In this document: one piece after another, positions 1 to 7,459 of the stretch
How the letters are laid out: every line of letters begins with the position of its first letter
Position numbering within the stretch: the stretch's first letter is position 1
DNA from: a virus
Taxonomy: Duplodnaviria > Caudoviricetes
Direction: 5' to 3' (one strand)
Length of the DNA: 28,833 nucleotides
Virus record (IMG/VR): IMGVR_UViG_3300044723_008107
Location: 1 to 28,833 of that record
Translations under genes and position numbers: made by a program
The notes under the pieces: model-generated
Databases searched by the model: none
The model's input: the letters and a program-made list of their open reading frames with translations, nothing else
What the model was told of the DNA's origin: nothing

Positions 1-336
1 AACTCGTCTGTCGAACTGCTCTTTTGCTTCCAGATAACTCATCAAGCCTCTACTGTTACAAAAGTGCAAGATCTCTCTTGTGAATTTATTTGCGCCTAAT
101 TTTTCTACGTCTGCCTTTAGATTGTCTGAACTGCCCCAGTAATCCTGCCAATCACTTTCTATTTTTTCTCTACGCTTGTTTTTTCTGCCTTTAAGCGGTG
201 GCCGTGTCTTTTTAAACTTAGCCAGCTTCTTGCCCACATACTTGCGGTTGTTTGTTAGATTGGTGATAAGGTAAACAAATCCTTCGCAGTCTTTGGGTAG
301 TTCTTCTACCACCTTACCATTATAGGTCCAATCCAT
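1..336 (-). CDS. Small GIY-YIG family endonuclease, 3' end runs off the window
   Basis: Not in the ORF track (no stop in window). Manual translation from ATG at 336: MDWTYNGKVVEELPKDCEGFVYLITNLTNNRKYVGKK...ESDWQDYWGSS...FTREILHFC...LSYLE-like MSYLEAKEQFDRRV. GFVY-x10-YVG matches the GIY-YIG motif, with a downstream helix Glu. GAGGAG Shine-Dalgarno 4 nt upstream. Confidence 0.85.
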   Translation of the reverse strand, partial: MDWTYNGKVVEELPKDCEGFVYLITNLTNNRKYVGKKLAKFKKTRPPLKGRKNKRREKIESDWQDYWGSSDNLKADVEKLGANKFTREILHFCNSRGLMSYLEAKEQFDRRV

Positions 337-354
337 AGTGCTCCTCTGGGTGTG

Positions 355-362
355 TACTTATA
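355..362 (-). promoter_or_regulatory. Putative T4-type late promoter (TATAAGTA) for the GIY-YIG gene
   Basis: TATAAGTA on the - strand is 1 mismatch from the T4 late consensus TATAAATA. It is intergenic and 18 nt upstream of the ATG. Confidence 0.55.
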
Positions 363-374
363 TCAGATGACCAG

Positions 375-1367
375 CTATGCAAAATTATACGTTTTAATTT
401 CATGTATGTTTGGTTCTAATAAACTATGCAACTGAGTAGTGTTTGTAAATTTTTCTAATTGCCATGTTTTAAAGTTTAATCCTTCAAAGAAAATCATATA
501 ATGCTGTATTGCCGCTTCTTGCATAATATCTAGGTCTAAAGATTCTAAATCCATATTTTTGTTATGTAAGATGTTGTAAACTATTTCATCAAAGCACCTA
601 CAAAATAAAAGTTTTTGTTTGTGTATTTCTTGCCATTGTTTATAGATAGGCAGCCAAGAGCTGTATCTTTTTTGATCAAAACCTAGTTGTAAGCAGTCTA
701 ACAAAGTGTGTACAATATTATCAAAACCAGTCCAAATTTCTGTAGTGGTAAAAACAAAGTCCGCTTGTAAATTGGTTAAGTCTTTTACTGTTTGTTTTTG
801 AAATGGTCTAATGTTCAAGGATAAAAACTCTCGTTCATCCCAGATATTATTAAAACTTTGTTTGCTCCATGATTGTTTGTCTTTTAAGAAGTACTGATCA
901 ATAAACCATTCCTTCCATTGCTCTGGAGTTCTAATGCGTTCTTCGTTGCCATTAACAAAAACAGTCATTGTAGTCCTGGTGTTTGTTGAACAGTCGTATA
1001 AAATATTTTCTGGAGGATTATATAACAAGCAGATAGATTGTGCTGTCTGCTGCACATTCTCATACAAAAGTTTTGTTTGTTTGATGTCTAACAAATGTTC
1101 GTCATCCCGGATGATATGCGTGTACAATAAATTTAAGTCTTTCCGTGTGGAAACTTTATCAATTGAACGGTGCAGATGTTCGAGGCTAACTGGATGGTTT
1201 TCTAAATGATTGTGTGAGTTTGTTTGTGTTAAAGGATTTGGCGAAAGAGCAATAACTTTATCATAGGAATCGTAGTAGTATTCATTTTGTCCGTTGAGAT
1301 ATCGGATTGACCACGACAAAAAGTTTCCGCCTTTTGCAATGTCTGTTGCTACACTAATATAACTCAT
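375..1367 (-). CDS. Hypothetical protein, possibly sulfotransferase-like / P-loop fold
   Basis: 330-aa ORF with ATGA overlap with the gp46 stop. The N-terminal beta-strand plus 'AKGGNFLSWSI' resembles the strand-loop-helix 5'-PSB motif of sulfotransferases (weak). AT-rich: about 29% GC in a hand count of 421-660. Confidence 0.45.
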   Translation of the reverse strand: MSYISVATDIAKGGNFLSWSIRYLNGQNEYYYDSYDKVIALSPNPLTQTNSHNHLENHPVSLEHLHRSIDKVSTRKDLNLLYTHIIRDDEHLLDIKQTKLLYENVQQTAQSICLLYNPPENILYDCSTNTRTTMTVFVNGNEERIRTPEQWKEWFIDQYFLKDKQSWSKQSFNNIWDEREFLSLNIRPFQKQTVKDLTNLQADFVFTTTEIWTGFDNIVHTLLDCLQLGFDQKRYSSWLPIYKQWQEIHKQKLLFCRCFDEIVYNILHNKNMDLESLDLDIMQEAAIQHYMIFFEGLNFKTWQLEKFTNTTQLHSLLEPNIHEIKTYNFA

Positions 1368-3127
1368 AAAACATCCACGTCTGTATTGTAACTAGTGAAT
1401 CCATTTTCTTTGATCACTTTGAGAATATTACCTACACGGCCAGCAAGCTCATCTTTGTGCGAAACCAGCCAAACACTCTTGTGTCGCTCACGAGCCATAT
1501 GTTTAAGCAATCCAAGTGCGTTTTCAACACCTGATGTATCCATACCCGAGTCAACCAACTCGTCAATAAACAGAAGGTTGATAGGTTTGTACAAGCTCTC
1601 CCATACGTCTCGAAAGGCCCAACTCATCGAAAGTATAAGTCTGTTGCGTTCTCCGCGACTCAAGTTGTCAAAATCCAAGTCTCTGCCAAGCTCTGTGATT
1701 TCTACGCTCAAATCGTTTTGGAAAACCACTTGGTGCGGCAAACCAATCCTATCAAGGTAATGTGTTAGCCTTGCATTCAGATAACTGAGGTTTTGATCAA
1801 TAATACGTTTACGCACAAAACTGTCTTTGTTTGTAAGCAGTTTGTACAGGAAGTCCTGATGTTCTTGCAGTCTTGTTAGTTCATTTATAACATCATAGTT
1901 CACAGACTGAAGCGCCTGTTGTTTCATTTCTTCAATCTGCTCACTGTAGGGATCTGTTTCAGCACTGCGATTTTCTAGTTGTTGTTTTAGTCCACTAAGT
2001 GTGTTCTGGTGTTCGTATGCTTGTTCCACTGTGTCATAAAACACCGTGGGTGCAGTGCCCAGTTCACCTAGTTCAGCAAGAGTATCTCTGTGTTCTTGCT
2101 CTTGTGTTTTGTTGTCAACTATGTGCTGTGCTGTTTCTTCTAGTGTTTCGCGTTTGCTTGCAAGTATCTCTTCGTGCTTGTTATCGTGCAATTCTTGTCC
2201 GCAGGCATAACACTTGTGACTTTGTAAATCTTCAATTTCTTTTTCTAGTTTTGCTTGTAATTTTTCTAGTTTAGCATTGTCTTGGTCAATACTGCGTATC
2301 CATTTGTATGCATCTTCAATGGCTTTTTTGGTGTTATAGAATGCATCTAAAGCCCTGTGTGCGGCGATCTCTGCATCAATGTCTACATGGCTTAGGCTGT
2401 CAATAGCAGTGGTTAACTCTTCTACGTCTTCGGTTTTCTTGCGTTCCCAAAGACTCCTGCGTTTTTCCAAACTTGCAATTTGATCTTCGATGCGTTTATT
2501 TGCTTCCTGTACCGCCTTGATGCGCATTTCTTCTTCTTTCTGCGCATCTTTGGTTTCTTTTATACGTTCTTTGATTGTTTCAGCACGTTCCGAAAGTAAT
2601 GTTATACCCAACAGTTCTTCAATAATAGCACGTTGATCATTGCTTCGCATGCTTAAGAACGGTTCTGTATATGTGTTCAGCGCCAACACATGTTTGAACA
2701 TATCGTGACTGAGACCCAGTATACGTTCAATCTCTGCTTGTGTTTGTCTGCTGTCGCCCTGGGCGTTGTCTGTTGTTTCCTGCTCTTGATTGTTTACAAA
2801 AAACTTCAGCAGGTTAGGTTTTCGCCCACGCTCCACACGATATTCTTGACCGTTAACCGCAAACTCTAAACTTACCAACATGTTCTTGCCATTGGTTTTG
2901 TTAATCAAGTTGTCCTTGCGAATGTTAGTTAATGCACTGCCATACAATGCATAACTGAGTGCATTGATGATTGTGGTTTTACCTGTGCCATTACGACTAC
3001 CATCGCCTCCTAAATCCAAGTTCTCACCCAGTACCAGTGTAAGGTCTTGTCTGTCAAAGTTGATAGCTTGTGTGGCATTACCCACACTCATAAAGTTTTT
3101 TACCGTGAGGTCTTTTATATGGATCAT
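1364..3127 (-). CDS. gp46: Recombination nuclease ATPase subunit (T4 gp46 / Rad50 / SbcC-like)
   Basis: N-terminal VKNFMSVGN, Walker A GSRNGTGKTT, long coiled coil with central zinc hook CYAC, signature LSRGE, Walker B LLFIDE with D-loop SGMD, and H-loop VSH. Confidence 0.95.
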   Translation of the reverse strand: MIHIKDLTVKNFMSVGNATQAINFDRQDLTLVLGENLDLGGDGSRNGTGKTTIINALSYALYGSALTNIRKDNLINKTNGKNMLVSLEFAVNGQEYRVERGRKPNLLKFFVNNQEQETTDNAQGDSRQTQAEIERILGLSHDMFKHVLALNTYTEPFLSMRSNDQRAIIEELLGITLLSERAETIKERIKETKDAQKEEEMRIKAVQEANKRIEDQIASLEKRRSLWERKKTEDVEELTTAIDSLSHVDIDAEIAAHRALDAFYNTKKAIEDAYKWIRSIDQDNAKLEKLQAKLEKEIEDLQSHKCYACGQELHDNKHEEILASKRETLEETAQHIVDNKTQEQEHRDTLAELGELGTAPTVFYDTVEQAYEHQNTLSGLKQQLENRSAETDPYSEQIEEMKQQALQSVNYDVINELTRLQEHQDFLYKLLTNKDSFVRKRIIDQNLSYLNARLTHYLDRIGLPHQVVFQNDLSVEITELGRDLDFDNLSRGERNRLILSMSWAFRDVWESLYKPINLLFIDELVDSGMDTSGVENALGLLKHMARERHKSVWLVSHKDELAGRVGNILKVIKENGFTSYNTDVDVL

Positions 3128-3134
3128 ACGTTAC

Positions 3135-3162
3135 AGTTTACTATAAAGATACAGTTTTTCAA
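3135..3162 (-). promoter_or_regulatory. Putative sigma70-type promoter directly upstream of gp46
   Basis: TTGAAA (3162-3157), N16, TAAACT (3140-3135), 7 nt, then ATG. No Shine-Dalgarno in the gap. Confidence 0.4.
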
Positions 3163-4313
3163 AATAGTTTGTTTATCGAACCTTTGCGATTGATATCATT
3201 GGTCACACAGTGTATTCCGCAGTCCCAAAAATATTTGTGTCTAAACGGAGCAACATGCACATCAATGCCATATCGAGCACAGGCATTTTCTACACGGTCG
3301 TTATGAGCACTAACCACAATGTTTTTTGGATCAACGATTAATATGTTTACATCAAATACTGTTTCGTGAACTTCCCCTACCCATTCGTCAAAATAATGAT
3401 CTACCATGTGTATCAAATTTTGATCTTTTTCAAATCCAGGCATAAACCAACGTCCTTTGTTGATTTTCATACTGCGTTCAAACTTGCGCATGTGTGCGTA
3501 TTCGCTGTCAGGCAAATAAACAACCTCCCAGTCTGGAAACGTGTCAGAGTAGGTAGGTATGTCGTTTAGACTGATAATCAAGCCTGGTGTCACAGGACAG
3601 TATACGCTATCTCCATGACCACCTGCGTTTACAACCTTGTTTGTGGTGTTTGGAAATAGTGAATTTACCTGCTGTAGGATATCATCCTTGTTATCGTAAT
3701 AGGTTTGTGTAGCAAAGTATAAATGATCACCTAATCGACTCACAAAGCATCCATTGATAAAGTCAAGATCTGTATATTCAATTTTTGAATTGCGTTCAAT
3801 TTCTTCAAATATATGCGAGTAAAAACCTAGTTTTGCGTCAAGATGCTTTTGATCTTTTATTGCAAACGTGGCAAGGGCATCTTTCATTCTGGATTCGTAC
3901 TCAGGATAGGTGTTATAAAAATCCTGTGGCCTAACAAAGTCTTCCATCCACTCTTGTTTGTTTTGTCTATAGCAAGTGCTCCAAGCATGGCTGGCATTTG
4001 GGTGTTTAGGTACCCAAAATTTATCGTGAATCTGTATAAAGTAATCACGAGGTGCAGTAGGTGGTTGTACCCACTTGTCTTCAATCCAAAGTTCTTGCAT
4101 ATCCTCTGGAAATTCAGGACGGTAAACAGTAACGCCAAATTTGTTCTTCAGAAGATGAATCAGGTATTGGTAGTCTTCTTCGGTTTCTTCAGCAAGTTTT
4201 TCAAAACGATTTCTAGTTACTGTATTTTTTACCCAGGAGTAAAATTCTGGAGGATAAGTTTTGCCAACGATAGCTGTGTCTAACGGATCCCAGTGTTGAT
4301 ATACTGAATACAT
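3159..4313 (-). CDS. Amidinotransferase (pentein superfamily; glycine / inosamine-phosphate amidinotransferase-like)
   Basis: N-terminal VYQHWDPLDTAIVG (cf. EWDPLEEVIVG of AGAT/StrB1), APRD (D90), GHGD (H233), FDVNILIVDP, and C-terminal PFRH...CGIHCVTNDINRKG (C369, cf. GGFHCWTCDVRRRG). TAATG overlap with the upstream gene. Confidence 0.88.
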   Translation of the reverse strand: MYSVYQHWDPLDTAIVGKTYPPEFYSWVKNTVTRNRFEKLAEETEEDYQYLIHLLKNKFGVTVYRPEFPEDMQELWIEDKWVQPPTAPRDYFIQIHDKFWVPKHPNASHAWSTCYRQNKQEWMEDFVRPQDFYNTYPEYESRMKDALATFAIKDQKHLDAKLGFYSHIFEEIERNSKIEYTDLDFINGCFVSRLGDHLYFATQTYYDNKDDILQQVNSLFPNTTNKVVNAGGHGDSVYCPVTPGLIISLNDIPTYSDTFPDWEVVYLPDSEYAHMRKFERSMKINKGRWFMPGFEKDQNLIHMVDHYFDEWVGEVHETVFDVNILIVDPKNIVVSAHNDRVENACARYGIDVHVAPFRHKYFWDCGIHCVTNDINRKGSINKLF

Positions 4314-4861
4314 TATCCTAGTTTTTTCCTTATACCTGCAAGTTCTTGTTGTTTTAGCTCTGCAATATGTTCAGCATTGTGCCGAAGTTTGTCCTTGTTG
4401 TTTTGTAAGTATTGTTTTATAATCTCAATGTCTAAATTTAGAAAATTATCCAAAGCCTGCCTTACCTGTTTTAATCTTTGCACTGGATCACTGATGCTGT
4501 CGTAGCTTTCGTCAATTAGATCCCCCCATGTTTCGAATCCTTTTTGTTTGAGTAATTGTAACATTCCTGCAGGACCAGCAATAATAAACATACGATGATT
4601 CAACATTGGTCTTAACGTTTTTTCTGACACATAAGGATAAGGGTAATGAAAAATTGTTTCTGACACCAATTCCAACGCAATTTTTTTATAAAAAGACCAC
4701 ACAAACGGACGATCCCCAGACCTGGATGCATCTGCAATTAACTTGTGTGAAAAATCCTGCAACGGAATAGTGTAATCTATACTACCGTCAAGGTATGACT
4801 CATTTGTTCTTACCCAAGGTTTGGTATATATTAAGACTGGATTGTTGATTGTCTTGCGCAA
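4313..4861 (-). CDS. Glycosyltransferase-like protein, C-terminal (donor-binding) GT-B domain, GT10/fucosyltransferase-like
   Basis: LELVSETIF...YVSEKTLRPM...FIIAGPAG...GFETWGDLIDESYD resembles the GT10 'FEN..DYxTEK..A....PI..G' donor-binding motif. TTG start preceded by AAGGA. Confidence 0.6.
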   Translation of the reverse strand: MRKTINNPVLIYTKPWVRTNESYLDGSIDYTIPLQDFSHKLIADASRSGDRPFVWSFYKKIALELVSETIFHYPYPYVSEKTLRPMLNHRMFIIAGPAGMLQLLKQKGFETWGDLIDESYDSISDPVQRLKQVRQALDNFLNLDIEIIKQYLQNNKDKLRHNAEHIAELKQQELAGIRKKLG

Positions 4862-4862
4862 C

Positions 4863-5447
4863 TCAGACTATTCCTTCAATTGATAAAACAGTTTTATCCA
4901 TGTGTTGTTTTTGCAAAAAATCGTGTAATATGTGACGATGAGGCCTTGGTGTGCCAGCTGCTAAATGTAAACAGTGATAATCAATATCCTCAAAATTATC
5001 AGGCATCATAGGTGTTTTTTGGTTCCTGTAGGAAATTGGATTATAAAAAGTTTCAATCACAGTTGGCTTATCATTATCAGGATTATCTTGAAAATAGTTC
5101 ATGAACTCGTCGGTGATGCCAAAATTGTTGGTTAAAACAAGCAATGTGTATGCAGGAATGTCTAAGTATTTCCACATCTTAACAAAGTTGTACAAAAATA
5201 AGTTTTGACTTTCGAGGTAATAATAACAATCAAACAGCACCAAGATATATCTATCATCAGGGTCAAAGACATCTTTACGACTTTTTTCTAAAGTTGCTGG
5301 CAACATGGTAAACATATCTTCATCAAAGTAAGTTGAATTGAGAGTATCTAATATGTTATACTTCTCTTGCAAAAAATCAGCAATGTCTTTGTCAACTTTT
5401 GACCCAATTAAATTACCAAAATCTTTATCGGTGATGGTTTCAAGCAT
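4863..5447 (-). CDS. Hypothetical protein, probable N-terminal partner of the downstream GT-like domain
   Basis: 194 aa, abutting the gp47 stop (TAG ATG). Ends in HCLHLAAGTPRPHRHILHDFL...TVLSI, resembling the 'FLCLNR.PR.HR..L...L....S' segment that I recall preceding the SEK/TEK motif in single-chain phage GT-like proteins. About 33% GC by hand count of 4921-5400. Confidence 0.5.
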   Translation of the reverse strand: MLETITDKDFGNLIGSKVDKDIADFLQEKYNILDTLNSTYFDEDMFTMLPATLEKSRKDVFDPDDRYILVLFDCYYYLESQNLFLYNFVKMWKYLDIPAYTLLVLTNNFGITDEFMNYFQDNPDNDKPTVIETFYNPISYRNQKTPMMPDNFEDIDYHCLHLAAGTPRPHRHILHDFLQKQHMDKTVLSIEGIV

Positions 5448-6464
5448 CTACAACTGCCTGTATATCTCAAGCAACAATTTGTTGTCGTAAAACTCGCTTT
5501 CAATGTGTGTGATCTGATCTGTCACAATCTGATCCACACTTTCAAACTTAATTTCTCCAACACTTACTGTGTCTTCAAGTGCGCCACGTTTGTTCGGTAT
5601 CAGTGCCATCTCACGTAGGTTGTAGTCTGAAACAAACTTTTCTTTGATAAAGTTTGCTTCTTCGTATGAGATGTCAATATCCAAGTTTACACGCACATGC
5701 ATCTTGGGCTTGAGTATGGTGCTAGCATTATCAATCACAGTGCTGAGATCCAACACCTTGTACAGTGGTTGGTCGGGCCAAGCAAGATATTCAGGTTCGC
5801 CGCCCCAATCAAGTATCATGCAACCACGCTCTGCATCTCCTGCGTCACTAAAGTTGTGCGGGAAAGCATTGCCAATGTAGTTGATGTTGTTCTTGGTTTG
5901 ACGCATGTGGAAGTGTCCTGAGAACACCTTTCCATACTGTCCAAAGTGTTCTGCTTTTACCTCACCGTGGTCAGGCATCTCCACCATTGCATTCATTTTG
6001 AAATGAGGCAGTTCAAAGTGCCCAAATATATACTGGGCACTCATCTTTTGTATGCGTTTGTGGTCGTCACCCACCAGCCATGGAGCGATTACTACATCAC
6101 CATCTTGAAACCAATCGTTGCAGATGTGGATGTTGGGTAAATGTTTTGCCCACTCTACTCCAGTGATGTCACGCTTATCCCTGTAGTACAAATCGTGATT
6201 GCCAGGAATAAAGTAAAACCGATCAAATGCCGCATTGAGTTTTTCCAGTGCTCTCAATGAATAATCAAGAGTATGAAGGTTAATACTAGCTCTATGATGA
6301 TGCCAATCGCCAAGAAATAGTCCAGTCGTGATGGCTCGTTGTTTTGCTGTTTCAATGACCCACTCTACAAATTTTTCACAGTCCTGGTTATGTAGAAGGC
6401 TGTTGCTCTTCAATCCAAAGTGAATATCCGTAAACACTATTGCACTATCAAATAGTTTGCTCAT
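5448..6464 (-). CDS. gp47: Recombination nuclease metallophosphoesterase subunit (T4 gp47 / Mre11 / SbcD-like)
   Basis: All five calcineurin-like phosphoesterase motifs are present: FTDIHFG, LGDWHH, PGNHD, GHFE, SGHFH. Lies next to gp55 and near gp46, as in T4. Confidence 0.95.
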   Translation of the reverse strand: MSKLFDSAIVFTDIHFGLKSNSLLHNQDCEKFVEWVIETAKQRAITTGLFLGDWHHHRASINLHTLDYSLRALEKLNAAFDRFYFIPGNHDLYYRDKRDITGVEWAKHLPNIHICNDWFQDGDVVIAPWLVGDDHKRIQKMSAQYIFGHFELPHFKMNAMVEMPDHGEVKAEHFGQYGKVFSGHFHMRQTKNNINYIGNAFPHNFSDAGDAERGCMILDWGGEPEYLAWPDQPLYKVLDLSTVIDNASTILKPKMHVRVNLDIDISYEEANFIKEKFVSDYNLREMALIPNKRGALEDTVSVGEIKFESVDQIVTDQITHIESEFYDNKLLLEIYRQL

Positions 6465-6467
6465 ATT

Positions 6468-7373
6468 TTATTCTTCGCCAAGGCCGTTAGCTTCGTACTC
6501 TGCAAGTACTTTTGCTTCGCGGCTGTTTTTAAACTGTCTTGTATAACTTGGATTCAAACCATTTTGTTCTAAAATGTCATCACGGATGTTCTGCATTTTC
6601 TTTTCAATATTTAACACCCGTGTAAAACTATTGGTAATTGCCGCTGTGTAATAAGCAAATGGATTCTGTGATTTTGATTCATCAAACTGCAATCCAATCT
6701 GGCTAAGTTGTAGCAGTGCTTGCCCACGCATTTCTTCGTTGTAGGTATAGCCACGCCAGTTGCTTCGTGTGGCATAACGCTCGCAGAGCTTAATAAACAT
6801 GTGCGCTAGTTTTGGAGTCATCATGCCATGATCTTTGCAAAATTCTCCGGAATCTAGGTCTCCTTTCCAATGACTTTTGCCTACTAGGTAAGGCACTTTG
6901 TTTTCGTCTATGCGATAATGATAGAATGGTGGGAATGGCAGTTTTACATAGTTGAGATCTTGCTTGACATCTTCCATGAGTTCTTGTAAGCCATCATCCT
7001 CATAGTCCACATCATCCATTTCTAATAGTTCTTCAAGTTTTGATTTTTTCTTTTCCTGAGCTTTTGTGAGTTTTTTTGGCACTTTAGGAATGTGTTCCCA
7101 ACAAGTAATACGAAACACAAGATCTGTGTTTGCTATATCCTTTTTAGGATCTAGTATTTCTCCGGTTTCTCTTTTGATCCGATCCGCGCGGTTGCGTCTT
7201 GCTTCTGCTACGGTGCGTTGATTAATCTTGTCTACACTGGGCAGAATAATATCGTATTGATGATCAGTTTCTCGATCAAGATATGAACAGTAGGTGTTTT
7301 TACTGCGGTGAATTTCTTTCAAAATGTCACGGTTATTGAGGTAGTTTACTTTTTTTGGTTGCTTGATAGCCAT
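6468..7373 (-). CDS. gp55: Late-transcription sigma factor (T4 gp55-like) with a large insertion
   Basis: N-terminal NYLNNRDILKEI (T4 NYVNNKELL) and core NWRGYTYNEEM...QFDESKSQNPFAYYTAAITNSFTRVLNIEKK (T4 NFSGYT...[22 protein letters not shown]). Position upstream of gp47 as in T4. GGAGA Shine-Dalgarno. Confidence 0.88.
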   Translation of the reverse strand: MAIKQPKKVNYLNNRDILKEIHRSKNTYCSYLDRETDHQYDIILPSVDKINQRTVAEARRNRADRIKRETGEILDPKKDIANTDLVFRITCWEHIPKVPKKLTKAQEKKKSKLEELLEMDDVDYEDDGLQELMEDVKQDLNYVKLPFPPFYHYRIDENKVPYLVGKSHWKGDLDSGEFCKDHGMMTPKLAHMFIKLCERYATRSNWRGYTYNEEMRGQALLQLSQIGLQFDESKSQNPFAYYTAAITNSFTRVLNIEKKMQNIRDDILEQNGLNPSYTRQFKNSREAKVLAEYEANGLGEE

Positions 7374-7392
7374 TGAAATCTCCGTAGGAATG

Positions 7393-7425
7393 TACTTATT
7401 ATACAGGTTTGAGTGGGGTTGTCAA
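7393..7425 (-). promoter_or_regulatory. Consensus sigma70 promoter for the gp55-gp47 operon, overlapped by a late-type motif
   Basis: TTGACA (7425-7420), N16, TATAAT (7403-7398). The -10 box runs directly into ATAAGTA (7399-7393). Confidence 0.75.
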
Positions 7426-7453
7426 TCATTAACTTAGCCGTTTTCCATCCAGG

Positions 7454-7459
7454 TAAATA
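7454..7459 (+). promoter_or_regulatory. Putative late promoter core (TAAATA) for the baseplate operon
   Basis: GGTAAATAAAG in the intergenic region, upstream of an AGGAGA Shine-Dalgarno and the ATG at 7479. Matches the core of T4 TATAAATA. Confidence 0.6.

Noticed and set aside
1645-1662. Non-canonical ABC signature LSRGE in gp46 as a sign of inactivation
   Set aside because: Phage gp46 proteins vary at this position (T4 has FSEGE), and all other ATPase motifs and the zinc hook are intact.
4855-4880. prfB-like +1 frameshift at GAA GGA ATA GTC TGA G joining the two GT-like ORFs
   Set aside because: The P-site codon GTC cannot re-pair on TCT in the +1 frame. AAGGA is better explained as the Shine-Dalgarno for the TTG start.
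5445-5450. gp47 TAG directly followed in frame by the ATG of the 194-aa ORF, suggesting TAG recoding (code 15) or a read-through fusion
   Set aside because: The long structural genes, including about 3470 codons of the giant ORF, have no internal TAG, and gp47 ends at its expected length. The standard code explains the window.
934-6140. Short + strand ORFs in the track (934, 1395, 1999, 2964, 3366, 3843, 5644, 5697, 5946) and the nested - strand ORF 3884-4138
   Set aside because: They are antisense or alternate-frame shadows lying within, or almost wholly within, well-supported genes, and carry no recognisable motifs.
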